A DNA stretch of 64,000 nucleotides from the NCBI GenBank assembly GCA_041907545.1, contig JAYRGX010000002.1:118870-182869 (forward strand), read 5' to 3'. A program made the translations under genes and the position numbers. The stretch comes from Bacteroides sp. Its GTDB lineage: Bacteria; Bacteroidota; Bacteroidia; Bacteroidales; Bacteroidaceae. A model generated the notes under the pieces. It was not told where the DNA came from. It made no database searches and saw only the letters and a program-made list of their open reading frames with translations. Positions 40,309 to 51,355 of the stretch are shown here, piece after piece (the first letter of the stretch is position 1; each line of letters opens with the position of its first letter).

Positions 40309-41208
40309 TCACTTGCTTCCTAAGTATAAGAAGAACATTCCGATTAAAACAAGAACAAGGTCAATTGCTTTGCTCTTCAAATTCTTCTCACGAAAGAATA
40401 GTGCAGCAAACAAAAATGAGATGACTACACTTCCACGCCGTACCATAGACACAATAGAGATCATAGAATCTTCATAGCTTAACGCATAGAAATATACAAA
40501 GTCGGCAGCAGTCAAGAAAACAGATATTAATATTATCGTCCAATCCCAACGAAATGGAGTACTTTCTTTCCGTTTAGGATACCAAAGCAAAACAATAATG
40601 GGACACATTATGAAAACCTGATAAATATTATACCATGATTGCACCACCATCGGGTTAAATTCTTTCATCAGATATTTATCGTACAACCCACTTATAGCAC
40701 CCGTTATTGCAGCAAGTATAATAAAGAATATCCATTTATTGTGTTTAAAGTCTATTCCTTCTTTTTTACCTGAACGACTTAGCATAAAAAAAGAAAGTAT
40801 GGCAAGCATTACCCCTATCCACTGATATAAATTTAAACGTTCACCGAATATCAACATTGCTCCAACGAGAACCATAACAGGACGCGTAGCATTTATAGGA
40901 CCAACTATCGTAAGTGGAAGATGCTTCATTCCGAAATATCCAAATATCCAGGATGAGAGCACAATGAAAGATTTTATTATAATAAATTGATGAACATTCC
41001 ACCCCACAACAGGCACATAAAACATTGTTCTTTCCAACACACCTGGAATAAAAACCGAGATAAGAATAAAAGGAACAAAGATTAAGCTCGAAAACAGAGT
41101 GTTCAGGAATAAAACAGGAAGTACAGCATTATCACGCAAAGACTGTTTTTTAAAAGCATCGTAAAATCCCAGCAAAGCTGCTGAAAGAAAAGCAAGAAAC
41201 AACCACAT
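40309..41208 (-). CDS. EamA/DMT family transporter
   Basis: 299-aa ORF with about 10 TM helices in two EamA-like halves. Confidence 0.85.
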   Translation of the reverse strand: MWLFLAFLSAALLGFYDAFKKQSLRDNAVLPVLFLNTLFSSLIFVPFILISVFIPGVLERTMFYVPVVGWNVHQFIIIKSFIVLSSWIFGYFGMKHLPLTIVGPINATRPVMVLVGAMLIFGERLNLYQWIGVMLAILSFFMLSRSGKKEGIDFKHNKWIFFIILAAITGAISGLYDKYLMKEFNPMVVQSWYNIYQVFIMCPIIVLLWYPKRKESTPFRWDWTIILISVFLTAADFVYFYALSYEDSMISIVSMVRRGSVVISFLFAALFFREKNLKSKAIDLVLVLIGMFFLYLGSK

Positions 41209-41370
41209 TTTATCAGTATTCTATTTAATTATTATGATCAAGCAATGAACTCAAATAGAACTTTGCATGATACTTTCACCTATTGAATTATCCATTTATT
41301 GGCAGATCAAACTTGATACAGCAAAAAGACTCCGGGATTAATGTAACTATCAAGCATTTAAGAGACTAAA

Positions 41371-42123
41371 TTAATCCAAGAACAACTCTTCAGGATACAC
41401 AATATCCATCAGAAACAACGCATTTCCGGGGACTGAAGTTCCGGCAAGGCATCTATCCTTTTGCTCAACAATCTGCTTAAATCCTTCCACTGTAAGCTTA
41501 CCTCGTCCTACTTCGAGTAATGTTCCGACAATGGCACGTACCATATTACGAAGAAAGCGATCTGCACTGATCGTAAATACCCACGTTGCATCTTCCAACT
41601 GCTCCCACTGAGCACAAGTCACTTTGCAATTATTCGTTTTCACATCAGTATGCAGTTTACTAAAGCTTGTGAAATCAGAATAATCGAGCAAGACACGTGC
41701 TGCTTCATTCATCTTCATAAAATCCGGAGTCTGAAACAAACGACAGCAATATAACCTATTAAATGGAGACTTTATAGTCGTAATATAATATTTGTAAGTA
41801 CGCGAGACAGCGTCAAAACGTGCATGGGCATTCGACTTTACAAGACGAAGGCTATTTACAGCGATATCACGAGGCAAAAGCCTGTTCAATTTGTCTATAA
41901 AGAACGTGGTATCCAACAATTCAGTCGTATCAAAATGAGCGACCATCAAAGAAGCATGAACGCCAGCATCTGTACGCCCCGCACCTACAACCTCAATCTC
42001 GCTGCGCAAAACCGTAGAAAGTGCTTGCATCAAACGCTCTTGTACACTGTCTCCATTCGGTTGAATCTGCCAACCATGATAAGCAGTGCCGTCATAAGAA
42101 AGATTAATGAAATACCGGTGCAT
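41371..42123 (-). CDS. truA: tRNA pseudouridine(38-40) synthase
   Basis: The start is set at [21 protein letters not shown]. Catalytic motif [11 protein letters not shown]. The promoter box lies within the longer GTG-started ORF. Confidence 0.92.
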   Translation of the reverse strand: MHRYFINLSYDGTAYHGWQIQPNGDSVQERLMQALSTVLRSEIEVVGAGRTDAGVHASLMVAHFDTTELLDTTFFIDKLNRLLPRDIAVNSLRLVKSNAHARFDAVSRTYKYYITTIKSPFNRLYCCRLFQTPDFMKMNEAARVLLDYSDFTSFSKLHTDVKTNNCKVTCAQWEQLEDATWVFTISADRFLRNMVRAIVGTLLEVGRGKLTVEGFKQIVEQKDRCLAGTSVPGNALFLMDIVYPEELFLD

Positions 42124-42149
42124 GTTCTTTTCGTTTGGTTTTAACGGCA

Positions 42150-42157
42150 CAAAGGTA
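42150..42157 (-). promoter_or_regulatory. -7 promoter box TAnnTTTG for truA
   Basis: Minus strand reads TACCTTTG, 26 nt upstream of the ATG at 42123. Confidence 0.6.
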
Positions 42158-42200
42158 CAAAAAAGGAGAAATCTTTTCCAGTCGTTTCAGTAGATTAAAT

Positions 42201-42208
42201 TATCTTTG
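42201..42208 (+). promoter_or_regulatory. -7 promoter box TAnnTTTG
   Basis: TATCTTTG lies 106 nt upstream of the ATG at 42315. Confidence 0.45.
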
Positions 42209-42314
42209 TATTTTAATATTATAAATACAAAGTAACTGACGTAAATCGCCAATCATCATTCTCTATGAGATTTTCCGGTATACTCTGATAATAAAATATC
42301 GAACATCAATAACT

Positions 42315-43004
42315 ATGCAACGTAAACTCCGTTTGATCCTGCCGCTATTCCTGTCCTGTATAGTACTTATTACTTGCCTCGCATTATGCCGAAAGAAAGA
42401 CATGTCTCTAAAACTTAATCACCCCCACAATATCAAGGGAGTAATCAGCTATAAACGTTCTTTCGGAGATCTCAATGAAACTCAACTAAAAGTGGCACAA
42501 GCTATTGGTATTTCCCCTCTCTCGTGCCGTAAGGAAGCCGAATCGTTGAAAAGCCAATTAGATCATATTGAAACGAATGAGTATTACACAGTAGATTCCC
42601 TTACGCATTCCCTACCCTATCTCATCCCTTCTGCGGCAGATCTATTGCAGACAATCGGCAATAATTTTCTTGATTCGTTGGAGAAGAAAGGCTTAAACCC
42701 CAATAAAGTTATGGTCACATCGGTTTTGCGGACTCAAGATGATGTCAAACGGTTGCGTCGTGGAAATATGAATGCATCAGAAAATTCTGCTCACTTCTAT
42801 GGTACGACATTTGATGTCAGTTGGAAACGTTTTGAGAAAGTAGAGGATGAAGACGGACGTCCTTTACAAGATGTAAATTCAGACACTTTAAAACTTGTAC
42901 TTTCAGAAGTGTTACGCGATTTACGCAAATCCGAGAAGTGTTATGTAAAATATGAATTGAAACAAGGTTGTTTCCATATCACAACGCGACAAAAGAATAA
43001 ATAA
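42315..43004 (+). CDS. membrane-anchored hypothetical protein with an M15/LAS-peptidase-like metal motif
   Basis: 229-aa ORF with an N-terminal TM/signal segment. SAHFYGTTFD matches the SxHxxGxAxD pattern of VanY/VanX-type zinc peptidases, and there is a later His in CFHIT. Confidence 0.6.
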   Translation: MQRKLRLILPLFLSCIVLITCLALCRKKDMSLKLNHPHNIKGVISYKRSFGDLNETQLKVAQAIGISPLSCRKEAESLKSQLDHIETNEYYTVDSLTHSLPYLIPSAADLLQTIGNNFLDSLEKKGLNPNKVMVTSVLRTQDDVKRLRRGNMNASENSAHFYGTTFDVSWKRFEKVEDEDGRPLQDVNSDTLKLVLSEVLRDLRKSEKCYVKYELKQGCFHITTRQKNK

Positions 43005-43054
43005 AAGGGATACATAAACGATGCATCCCCTTCTCTTTGCAATATATTAATAAG

Positions 43055-43546
43055 TTATTTCACTGCAACTAAATGTGATTTCCAATCTTCAGGAATACTA
43101 TTAATATTATATACTTTCAACTCAGGAGTAGAAGTTGTCAACGGATCCAAAGTTTCATTTACAAATTTGTTTTCAAGTTTCCACATAGCTCCTGTAGCAG
43201 GATCAACAATTAACATTCCTATAATTCCACCAAAAAGAATGTTACCGAAATACCATCCTTCTATTTTAAAAGTCACTGGAATTATTTTTTCTGCATAACC
43301 AGGTGCAGTAAATTTCACCTGATACTCAGCCTTCGAAAAGAAACCCGCACCAGCTTTTAAAGGAACTATAGCCGGGGTATTTCCCAAATATATTTCCTTT
43401 CCTTTTTTATCTGTCACAGTAATTTTTGCTGTAGGACTACAGTTAACAGAAAGAGGATAAGTACTTTTTGTGAAAATAGTCGCACAGCTTGATAGAAAAA
43501 CTCCGAGACTCAAAGCTAATAATAAAAATAAATTAATCTTTTTCAT
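43055..43546 (-). CDS. hypothetical lipoprotein
   Basis: 163-aa ORF with a signal peptide and lipobox FLSSC, a beta-rich middle and a hydrophobic Gly-rich segment FGGIIGMLIVDPATGA. Confidence 0.7.
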   Translation of the reverse strand: MKKINLFLLLALSLGVFLSSCATIFTKSTYPLSVNCSPTAKITVTDKKGKEIYLGNTPAIVPLKAGAGFFSKAEYQVKFTAPGYAEKIIPVTFKIEGWYFGNILFGGIIGMLIVDPATGAMWKLENKFVNETLDPLTTSTPELKVYNINSIPEDWKSHLVAVK

Positions 43547-43830
43547 TGAAATTCAGTTAAATATTAAACATTTAAGTGTTTGCATAAAATAATACAATAT
43601 CACAAATATAGACATTTCTTTTTATTTTCTCTATATTTCACAATAGAATTTATAAAGAGAAGACAATCTGTTATTCAACAGCCAAGAAATAAAAAAGAAT
43701 TCAAGAATATAAAAGACATTTGCTATACATGACATATGAATATAACCTCTACATCATGCAAGTATCTCTTCAATAATTAATTCACATTAAGATAAGTAAT
43801 AAAATATATCGGAAAAATAGCAATCTCTTT

Positions 43831-45345
43831 TTATGATTCATCCATCAGGCGCCATGCCATTGGCAAATAATTAACGATATCACCAGCTGTCATACCAATC
43901 ATTCCTTTCTTTTTAGCAGCAATATCTCCCGCCAAACCATGAACGTACACTCCAAGACAAGCTGCATCTTCAGCTTTAAAATTTTGAGCCAATAACGCAA
44001 GTATAATGCCAGTCAATACATCTCCGCTTCCACCTGTAGCCATACCTGGATTGCCTGTTGTATTAAAAAAGCATTTTCCCTCAGGAGTAATAATAGCCGA
44101 ATACGCTCCTTTCAGCACAATATACACTCCGGCAGTTTTGGCCAGATCACAGGCCTTCATTAATCGCTCGTATGAATCTTGGCATTTTCCGACCAAACGT
44201 TCCAATTCCCCCGGGTGAGGAGTAAGTATGCTACCTTTGGGTAATCGACCGATATATGTGCGATGCTCCGCCAACAAATTTAGTGCATCGGCATCAATCA
44301 CCATAGGCGTCTGACAAGTATCTATTTGAGCTAATAAAGCCGACTCTGTTTCATCCGACTTACCTAAACCCGGGCCAATGGCCACAGCTTGGTAATCATC
44401 GGTATCTGTAGGACAAGTAAAGCAATCAATTCCCGGATCAACTTCCGTCATTGCTTCCGGAACAGCAGATTGTACAATTGTATTATTAACAGATGGTACA
44501 TGTACGGTAAGCAAGCCTACTCCGGAACGCAAACAAGCTTTAGCCGATAAAACGGAAGCACCGGCCATGCCCTGACAGCCGGCAATAAGTAAAGCATGAC
44601 CAAAATTACCTTTATGCGCAAATTTAAACCTTGGCTTCAAAAGTTCTTGTAAATCCTCACGTTCTAACAAAAAGTAAGGAGTTTCCATTTCGTCAATACC
44701 ATCTTCATTCAAGCCAATATCAAGTAATTCCCATTCACCAATAAACTCCTGATTTTCAGCAAAAAAGAATGACAATTTAGGTAGTTGCAAACTCAGAGTT
44801 AGATTTGCACGAATAATATTTGTACGAATATTGAATGTATTTTCTTCACCCATTAAGCCAGAGGGCATATCTAGGGCAACGACCTTTGCCGAAGAAGAAT
44901 TAATATATTTCACCACAGCGGCAAATCCACCGCTTAAAGGCTTGTTAAGTCCGCTTCCAAAAAGCCCATCAATCACCACATGTTTGTCTGTAAGAACAGG
45001 CGGAACAAACTGAGTGGTCACCTCATGAAAATCCACATTGCCCTGTGCTGATAATTTCTCCTTATTTATATCACATTCCCGCGACAAACTACTTTTTGTA
45101 TTAAACAAATATACAGCAAGACGGTATCCTCTTTCCGCAAGTAATCTGGAAACAGCTAAAGCATCTCCACCATTATTACCCGGCCCCGCAAAAACCGTAA
45201 ACGGAGTTTCGGCATTCCAACGCTTCACAATAGACTCTGCAATAGCTTGAGAAGCACGTTCCATTAAATCTATTGAGGTAATCGGCTCATGCTCTATTGT
45301 ATAAGCATCCAGTTCCTTAAGAGTTGAAGTCGGAAATATTTTCAT
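43831..45345 (-). CDS. nnr: bifunctional NAD(P)H-hydrate epimerase/dehydratase
   Basis: 504-aa ORF with GPGNNGGDALAV (YjeF_N) and GGSGDVLTGII (carbohydrate-kinase-like C-terminal domain). Confidence 0.92.
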   Translation of the reverse strand: MKIFPTSTLKELDAYTIEHEPITSIDLMERASQAIAESIVKRWNAETPFTVFAGPGNNGGDALAVSRLLAERGYRLAVYLFNTKSSLSRECDINKEKLSAQGNVDFHEVTTQFVPPVLTDKHVVIDGLFGSGLNKPLSGGFAAVVKYINSSSAKVVALDMPSGLMGEENTFNIRTNIIRANLTLSLQLPKLSFFFAENQEFIGEWELLDIGLNEDGIDEMETPYFLLEREDLQELLKPRFKFAHKGNFGHALLIAGCQGMAGASVLSAKACLRSGVGLLTVHVPSVNNTIVQSAVPEAMTEVDPGIDCFTCPTDTDDYQAVAIGPGLGKSDETESALLAQIDTCQTPMVIDADALNLLAEHRTYIGRLPKGSILTPHPGELERLVGKCQDSYERLMKACDLAKTAGVYIVLKGAYSAIITPEGKCFFNTTGNPGMATGGSGDVLTGIILALLAQNFKAEDAACLGVYVHGLAGDIAAKKKGMIGMTAGDIVNYLPMAWRLMDES

Positions 45346-45400
45346 GTCAATTGTTCTTACAATTCATTATATAGAAATCAATAAAAAAGCTATTATCGTA

Positions 45401-45408
45401 CAAAATTA
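45401..45408 (-). promoter_or_regulatory. -7 promoter box TAnnTTTG for nnr
   Basis: Minus strand reads TAATTTTG, 55 nt upstream of the ATG at 45345. Confidence 0.5.
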
Positions 45409-45579
45409 AGCGTTTGACCTGAAGAAAACAAGAGAAACTAACTTGCAAAAAAAGAGAAAGAATAAAAACATTTATTGGTATCCGGTAACTAAAGATCCAA
45501 TCGCTATTTTAAGATTGTCAATAAGAGAGGCCTATAGAGAAATCAAATATCCACATGCTTCAAATCAAAAGTAAATGCA

Positions 45580-45587
45580 TACATTTG
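45580..45587 (+). promoter_or_regulatory. -7 promoter box TAnnTTTG for the POT transporter
   Basis: TACATTTG lies 110 nt upstream of the ATG at 45698. Confidence 0.5.
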
Positions 45588-45697
45588 CACGCGTTATACA
45601 AAAAAAAGTAGCATTATTATTTATTCAAAGTAAAATAGAGATTATAGATAATGCTATACATCGGAAATCAATATGAATAATCAAACAAAAAATAACG

Positions 45698-47278
45698 ATG
45701 AATAATTCCAAACACCCTAAAGGTCTTTATCTTATCTTTGCCACCAGCACGGCAGAACGATTTGGATATTATGGCATGCGCGCCATTTTTATCCTCTTTC
45801 TCACGCAAGCTTTAATGTTTGATACCGAAAAGGCGGCTTCAATTTACGGTAGCTATACCGGACTAGTCTATCTCACCCCGCTCATAGGTGGATATATTGC
45901 CGACCGATATTGGGGAGCACGAACTTCAGTTATTCGGGGAGCCCTAATGATGGCGGTAGGACAGTTTTTAATGTTTTTCAGTGCTTCTACATTAGGAAAT
46001 GTACAACTCTCACAAGGACTAATGTTTGGTGGTCTCACCTTTCTTATCATGGGAAACGGTTGCTTCAAGCCGACTGTTGCCTCTCTTGTCGGACAATTAT
46101 ACGAACCCGGCGACAAACGTTTAGACGCCGCTTACACTATATATTATATGGGAGTGAATGTTGGTGCATTCCTCGCACCGCTGGTCTGCGGATATTTTGG
46201 TGAGACAGGCAATCCCCAAGACTTCAAATGGGGCTTCCTTGTTGCTGCCCTGGTTACAGTAGCTATTGTAATCCTATTCCAAACTCAAAAAAACAAATAC
46301 CTCATAGCCCCCAATGGAGAACAGCTGGGCATTATTCCTGATGCAAAAAGGGATAAAATGAATAAAGAAGCAAACACTTCCGAAGGAATCAAAAACGATC
46401 AAGAAGGAATAAATACACAACAAGATGCCCAAACCGCTAAACGCAAAGAAAAAAGAAAGTACTACTTGCTGGCACTGCTAACCATCGCTTTGGCTTCTTT
46501 CTTCTACTACTGCTTTGGAGATGAATGGATAAGTATCGGAATTTTCACAGCTTGTATCATTTTTCCAATCAGTATTCTTATGGATAGCAGCCTGACGAAA
46601 ATAGAACGTAGCCGGATCTATGTTATTTATATCATTGCATTTTTTGTCATTTTCTTTTGGGCGGCTTATGAACAAGCGGGAGCTTCACTCACTCTCTTCG
46701 CTTCCCAACAAACCGACCGTGTTATTTTTGGTTGGGAAATGCCAGCCTCTTGGATCCAATCATTCAATCCATTTTTCTTAGTTATTCTAGCTAGTATCAT
46801 GCCGGGAGTGTGGAGCTTCTTAAACAAGCATAATATGGAACCTGCTTCTCCCACCAAACAAGCCATTGGTTTGCTATTACTTTCATTGGGATATTTACTT
46901 ATCTGCTTTGGCGTAAAAGATATGCAACCGGGAGTAAAAGTCAGCCTCATCTGGTTAACTGGACTTTATTTTATTCATACATTAGGTGAACTTGCATTGT
47001 CACCCATCGGGCTATCAATGGTTAATAAGCTCACTCCTGTCCGCTTTGCATCACTTATGATGGGCGTTTGGTTTCTTTCCACAGCCACAGCCAACAAATT
47101 TGCCGGTACATTAGGAGGCTTATATCCCGAAGCCGGTAAAGCTAAAATATTCCTCGGATACCGCATAGAGACTATGTATGACTTCTTTATGATATTCGTC
47201 ATCATGTCAGCTGTAGCATCGCTTATCCTCTTCCTGCTTACAAAGAAATTGCAGAAGATGATGCATGGAGTGGAATAA
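45698..47278 (+). CDS. proton-dependent oligopeptide (POT/PTR2) transporter
   Basis: 526-aa ORF with the PTR2 signature ERFGYYGMRAI, 14 TM-like segments and a charged central loop. Confidence 0.9.
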   Translation: MNNSKHPKGLYLIFATSTAERFGYYGMRAIFILFLTQALMFDTEKAASIYGSYTGLVYLTPLIGGYIADRYWGARTSVIRGALMMAVGQFLMFFSASTLGNVQLSQGLMFGGLTFLIMGNGCFKPTVASLVGQLYEPGDKRLDAAYTIYYMGVNVGAFLAPLVCGYFGETGNPQDFKWGFLVAALVTVAIVILFQTQKNKYLIAPNGEQLGIIPDAKRDKMNKEANTSEGIKNDQEGINTQQDAQTAKRKEKRKYYLLALLTIALASFFYYCFGDEWISIGIFTACIIFPISILMDSSLTKIERSRIYVIYIIAFFVIFFWAAYEQAGASLTLFASQQTDRVIFGWEMPASWIQSFNPFFLVILASIMPGVWSFLNKHNMEPASPTKQAIGLLLLSLGYLLICFGVKDMQPGVKVSLIWLTGLYFIHTLGELALSPIGLSMVNKLTPVRFASLMMGVWFLSTATANKFAGTLGGLYPEAGKAKIFLGYRIETMYDFFMIFVIMSAVASLILFLLTKKLQKMMHGVE

Positions 47279-47284
47279 AAAACG

Positions 47285-47292
47285 TATTTTTG
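47285..47292 (+). promoter_or_regulatory. -7 promoter box TAnnTTTG for hpt
   Basis: TATTTTTG lies 25 nt upstream of the ATG at 47318. Confidence 0.6.
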
Positions 47293-47317
47293 TGCCAACT
47301 TTTAAATAATCACCCTT

Positions 47318-47854
47318 ATGGATACCCTACAAATTAAGGATAAACAATTCAGCATTTCCATTCGTCATGAAGACATTCAAAAACAAGTAACCCGCGTTGC
47401 TAATGAAATAAACCATGATCTCAAAGGGAAAAACCCTTTATTTCTCAGTGTATTGAATGGTTCATTCATGTTTACCGCTGACTTAATGAAACAAATCAAC
47501 ATTCCCTGTGAAATTTCCTTTGTAAAATTAGCTTCATACCAAGGAGTATCTTCTACGGGAGTTATTAAGGAAGTTATTGGAATAAGTGAAGATCTTACAG
47601 ACAGAACCGTTGTTATAGTAGAAGATATCGTAGATACCGGCTTAACTATGCAACGTTTATTGGATACGTTAGGAACCCGTAATCCCAAAGAGATACATAT
47701 TGCATCTCTTTTGCTGAAACCGGATAAACTGAAAGTGGACTTGAACATTGAATATATCGCCATGAAAATACCTAATGATTTTATCGTTGGTTATGGACTT
47801 GATTATGATGGATTCGGTCGCAATTATCCCGATATCTATACTGTAGTAGATTAA
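47318..47854 (+). CDS. hpt: hypoxanthine phosphoribosyltransferase
   Basis: 178-aa ORF with the PRPP-binding motif VVIVEDIVDTGLTM. Confidence 0.94.
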   Translation: MDTLQIKDKQFSISIRHEDIQKQVTRVANEINHDLKGKNPLFLSVLNGSFMFTADLMKQINIPCEISFVKLASYQGVSSTGVIKEVIGISEDLTDRTVVIVEDIVDTGLTMQRLLDTLGTRNPKEIHIASLLLKPDKLKVDLNIEYIAMKIPNDFIVGYGLDYDGFGRNYPDIYTVVD

Positions 47855-47881
47855 TACAACTAAATAAATTTGTTAGATAAC

Positions 47882-48454
47882 ATGTTGAATATTGTAATTT
47901 TCGGTGCTCCCGGATCAGGTAAAGGGACACAAAGTGAGCGCATTGTAGAGAAGTATAACATCAACCACATTTCTACGGGAGATGTATTGCGCGCCGAAAT
48001 AAAGAATGGTACAGAACTTGGCCAAACAGCTAAGAAGTATATGGATCAAGGTCTATTATTACCTGATGAACTCATTATAGACATTTTAGCAAGCACCCTC
48101 GACAACTTAAAAGATAGTAAAGGTGTTATATTTGATGGATTTCCACGTACAATCCCTCAAGCAGAAGCATTAAAGAAAATGCTCGCTGAGAGAGAACAGG
48201 AAATCAGCGTAATGCTTGATCTTGAGGTTCCCGAAGAAATCTTGATGGAACGCCTCATCAATCGTGGCAAACAGACCGGACGTGCAGATGACAATGAAGA
48301 AACAATCAAAAAACGTTTGGTAGTATATCATTCTCAAACCTCTCCTCTAAAAGAGTGGTACAAGAAAGAAAATAAATACGAACAGATAAAGGGGTACGGA
48401 GAGCTGGAAGTTATTTTCGCTGACATCTGTGCTGCAATCGATAAAGTAAAATAA
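47882..48454 (+). CDS. adk: adenylate kinase
   Basis: The start is at the ATG ([17 protein letters not shown]); the tracked ORF begins 4 codons earlier at a TTG. Confidence 0.95.
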   Translation: MLNIVIFGAPGSGKGTQSERIVEKYNINHISTGDVLRAEIKNGTELGQTAKKYMDQGLLLPDELIIDILASTLDNLKDSKGVIFDGFPRTIPQAEALKKMLAEREQEISVMLDLEVPEEILMERLINRGKQTGRADDNEETIKKRLVVYHSQTSPLKEWYKKENKYEQIKGYGELEVIFADICAAIDKVK

Positions 48455-48474
48455 ATAAAAAAATAAATAGTGAC

Positions 48475-49641
48475 ATGGCCGAATCAAATTTTGTTGACTA
48501 CGTAAAGATATACTGCCGCTCCGGAAAGGGCGGAAGAGGCTCTACGCATATGAGGCGCGCGAAGTACGTCCCCAATGGAGGTCCCGACGGAGGAGACGGC
48601 GGACGAGGCGGTCACATTATATTACGTGGTAACCGTAATTATTGGACTTTACTTCATTTGAAGTATGATCGTCACGCTCTTGCCGGACATGGTGAATCTG
48701 GTTCAAAGAATAGAAGTTTTGGTAAAGATGGCTCCGATAAAATCATCGAAGTGCCCTGTGGTACCGTAGTCTATAATGCTGAAACAGGTGAGTATCTTTG
48801 TGATGTAACCGATCATGAGCAAGAAGTCATTCTGCTAAAAGGCGGAAGAGGCGGATTGGGAAACTCGCATTTCAAAACGGCAACTCGTCAAGCGCCTCGT
48901 TTCGCCCAACCTGGTGAACCGATGCAGGAAATGACCATCATACTTGAGTTAAAACTTCTTGCTGACGTAGGATTGGTTGGTCTACCCAATGCCGGTAAAT
49001 CAACGCTATTGTCAGCAGTATCTTCGGCAAAGCCCAAGATAGCCAATTATCCTTTTACTACGCTTGAACCTAATTTGGGCATCGTGTCTTATCATGATGG
49101 AAAATCATTTGTGATGGCCGATATTCCGGGAATTATTGAAGGAGCAAGTGCCGGAAAAGGATTAGGCTTACGATTTCTTCGACATATCGAACGAAATTCC
49201 CTCTTACTCTTTATGGTACCGGCTGACAGCGACGATATTCGTTCGGAATATGATGTACTGCTTAATGAGCTTAGTACTTTCAACCCTGAAATGCTTGATA
49301 AACAACGGGTTCTTGCTATTACCAAAAGTGATATGCTCGATCAGGAATTGATGGATGAAATAGAGCCGACGCTTCCTGAGGGTATTCCACATGTTTTCAT
49401 TTCTTCAATATCCGGATTGGGTATTTCTATCTTAAAAGATATTCTATGGAATGAACTCAACAAGGAAAGCAACAAGATAGAAGGGCTGGTTCATCGCGCT
49501 AAAGATGTAAACAAGCTGCAACAGGAGCTGAAAGACATGGGTGAGGACGAAGATCTAAGCTTCGAGTACGAAGAAGAGGATGATGTAGAAGATCTGGAAG
49601 ACTTTGAATACGAGGAAGATTGGGAGGATGACAACCAATGA
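48475..49641 (+). CDS. obg: GTPase Obg
   Basis: 388-aa ORF with an Obg fold N-terminus ([17 protein letters not shown]), G1 GLPNAGKST and a strongly acidic C-terminal tail. Confidence 0.95.
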   Translation: MAESNFVDYVKIYCRSGKGGRGSTHMRRAKYVPNGGPDGGDGGRGGHIILRGNRNYWTLLHLKYDRHALAGHGESGSKNRSFGKDGSDKIIEVPCGTVVYNAETGEYLCDVTDHEQEVILLKGGRGGLGNSHFKTATRQAPRFAQPGEPMQEMTIILELKLLADVGLVGLPNAGKSTLLSAVSSAKPKIANYPFTTLEPNLGIVSYHDGKSFVMADIPGIIEGASAGKGLGLRFLRHIERNSLLLFMVPADSDDIRSEYDVLLNELSTFNPEMLDKQRVLAITKSDMLDQELMDEIEPTLPEGIPHVFISSISGLGISILKDILWNELNKESNKIEGLVHRAKDVNKLQQELKDMGEDEDLSFEYEEEDDVEDLEDFEYEEDWEDDNQ

Positions 49642-50453
49642 TTTCTCTGACAGATGATAAAAAGATGTTGGGTTACGGTATTATGATGCCGTATTCCAAC
49701 ATTTTTTGTTTCTCCACAACACGTCATGGTGGCAGCAGTACAGGCAATTATGCTTCCTTCAACTGCACACCTTACACAGGTGACGAAGAAGAGCACGTCA
49801 AGCACAATCAAAAATTGCTTTGTGAGTCGATGCCGGATTCTCTTAAAGAGCTCGTGATACCTTTTCAAACGCATGATACAGAGATAGAAGTGATATCGCA
49901 AAGCTTCATCTCTATTTCTGATAAAGAAAAGAAAGAACGTCTGCAAGGCAAAGATGCTCTTATCACAAAACTGCCCGGTTATTGTCTTTGCATCTCTACA
50001 GCCGACTGCATTCCGATCCTACTCTATGATCGGAAGAACCGAGCAATAGCTGCCGTCCATGCAGGCTGGAGAGGAACGGTCAATACTCTTCTTCAAAAGA
50101 CATTGACTAAGATGCAGCTTCTCTACGGAACAAAAGGAGAAGACATTTTGGCTTGTATAGGACCGGGAATATCACTTGCATCATTCGAGGTAGGCGAAGA
50201 AGTCTATGAAGCTTTTCGCTCCAAAGATTTTCCAATGCACGAAATATCTCAATGGAATGATGTAAGCCAAAAGCATCATATCGACTTGTGGCAAGCAAAT
50301 TGTTTGCAACTTACTCATTTCGGAGTACCTACCGAACAGATTGAAATATCAGGCATTTGTACCTATATTCATGATCGGGACTTTTTCTCAGCTCGCCGCT
50401 TAGGTATCAAATCCGGGCGTATCTTGTCGGGAATCATGTTAACCGGACAATAA
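49638..50453 (+). CDS. pgeF: peptidoglycan editing factor PgeF (YfiH/laccase-domain family)
   Basis: 271-aa ORF with the conserved TADCIP and HAGWRGT motifs. It overlaps obg by 4 nt. Confidence 0.88.
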   Translation: MISLTDDKKMLGYGIMMPYSNIFCFSTTRHGGSSTGNYASFNCTPYTGDEEEHVKHNQKLLCESMPDSLKELVIPFQTHDTEIEVISQSFISISDKEKKERLQGKDALITKLPGYCLCISTADCIPILLYDRKNRAIAAVHAGWRGTVNTLLQKTLTKMQLLYGTKGEDILACIGPGISLASFEVGEEVYEAFRSKDFPMHEISQWNDVSQKHHIDLWQANCLQLTHFGVPTEQIEISGICTYIHDRDFFSARRLGIKSGRILSGIMLTGQ

Positions 50454-50499
50454 ATAATAAACAGTAGATAAAACAGGTATTATTGAATAACTAGATGTT

Positions 50500-51165
50500 A
50501 TGTATCAACTAACCGTATCGGACGAACTAAAAAAAGCCTGTCCTGAATTTAAAGGAGTAGCAGTCTACGCTGCTGTGAGGAATACGGCACACGACACAGG
50601 ACTTTGGGATGAAATCAATGAGTTTACAAAAGAGCTGCTTGAAACTTCCACGTTGGAAGAAATAAAACATCAACCGGCTATATCAGCTACCCGTGAAGCA
50701 TATAAACGTTGCGGGAAAGACCCTGGACGATATCGGCCCTCTGCCGAAGCATTACGCCGCAGACTTTTACGCGGCATAGAATTATATCAAATAGACACTT
50801 TAGTCGACCTCATAAATCTAGTATCATTACGTACCGGATTTTCTATCGGCGGATTTGATGCGGATAAAATACAAGACACCTCTCTTACCTTGGGAATAGG
50901 CAAAGCCAACGAACCATTTGAGGGCATCGGACGTGGAACTTTAAACATAGAGGGGCTACCCGTCTATCGGGATAAAATAGGAGGTATAGGTACTCCGACC
51001 AGCGACAACGAACGTACCAAAATGGATATCGACACACAACACATATTAGCTATCGTCAATGGCTATGGAGGTGCAGATGGACTGAAAGAAGCTGCACAAC
51101 TAATCTTTGAACTGCTTAAAAGATATGCTGGCTCAACTGAGGCCGAATTCCTTTATTTTGAATAA
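50500..51165 (+). CDS. B3/B4 tRNA-binding domain protein (PheT-related)
   Basis: 221-aa ORF resembling standalone B3/B4 domain proteins (AYKRCGKDPGRYRPSAEAL, DTLVDLINL). Confidence 0.7.
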   Translation: MYQLTVSDELKKACPEFKGVAVYAAVRNTAHDTGLWDEINEFTKELLETSTLEEIKHQPAISATREAYKRCGKDPGRYRPSAEALRRRLLRGIELYQIDTLVDLINLVSLRTGFSIGGFDADKIQDTSLTLGIGKANEPFEGIGRGTLNIEGLPVYRDKIGGIGTPTSDNERTKMDIDTQHILAIVNGYGGADGLKEAAQLIFELLKRYAGSTEAEFLYFE

Positions 51166-51297
51166 GCAAGGCTATAAAACAAAAGTAATAAAGGATTGCT
51201 TTGAAGAGAAGTTTGCTTTTTGAAAAAGAACAAGACCACAATGAGATACCTCTCAAAAAAAATAAAACAGAAAGTCTTGAGAGTCCGCTTGTTTCAC

Positions 51298-51305
51298 TAA
51301 ATTTG
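51298..51305 (+). promoter_or_regulatory. -7 promoter box TAnnTTTG for phoH
   Basis: TAAATTTG lies 50 nt upstream of the ATG at 51356. Confidence 0.55.
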
Positions 51306-51355
51306 CAATTTATTTGTGGCTAGAAAATGATTTGATATGATTTAAAATATATTAG

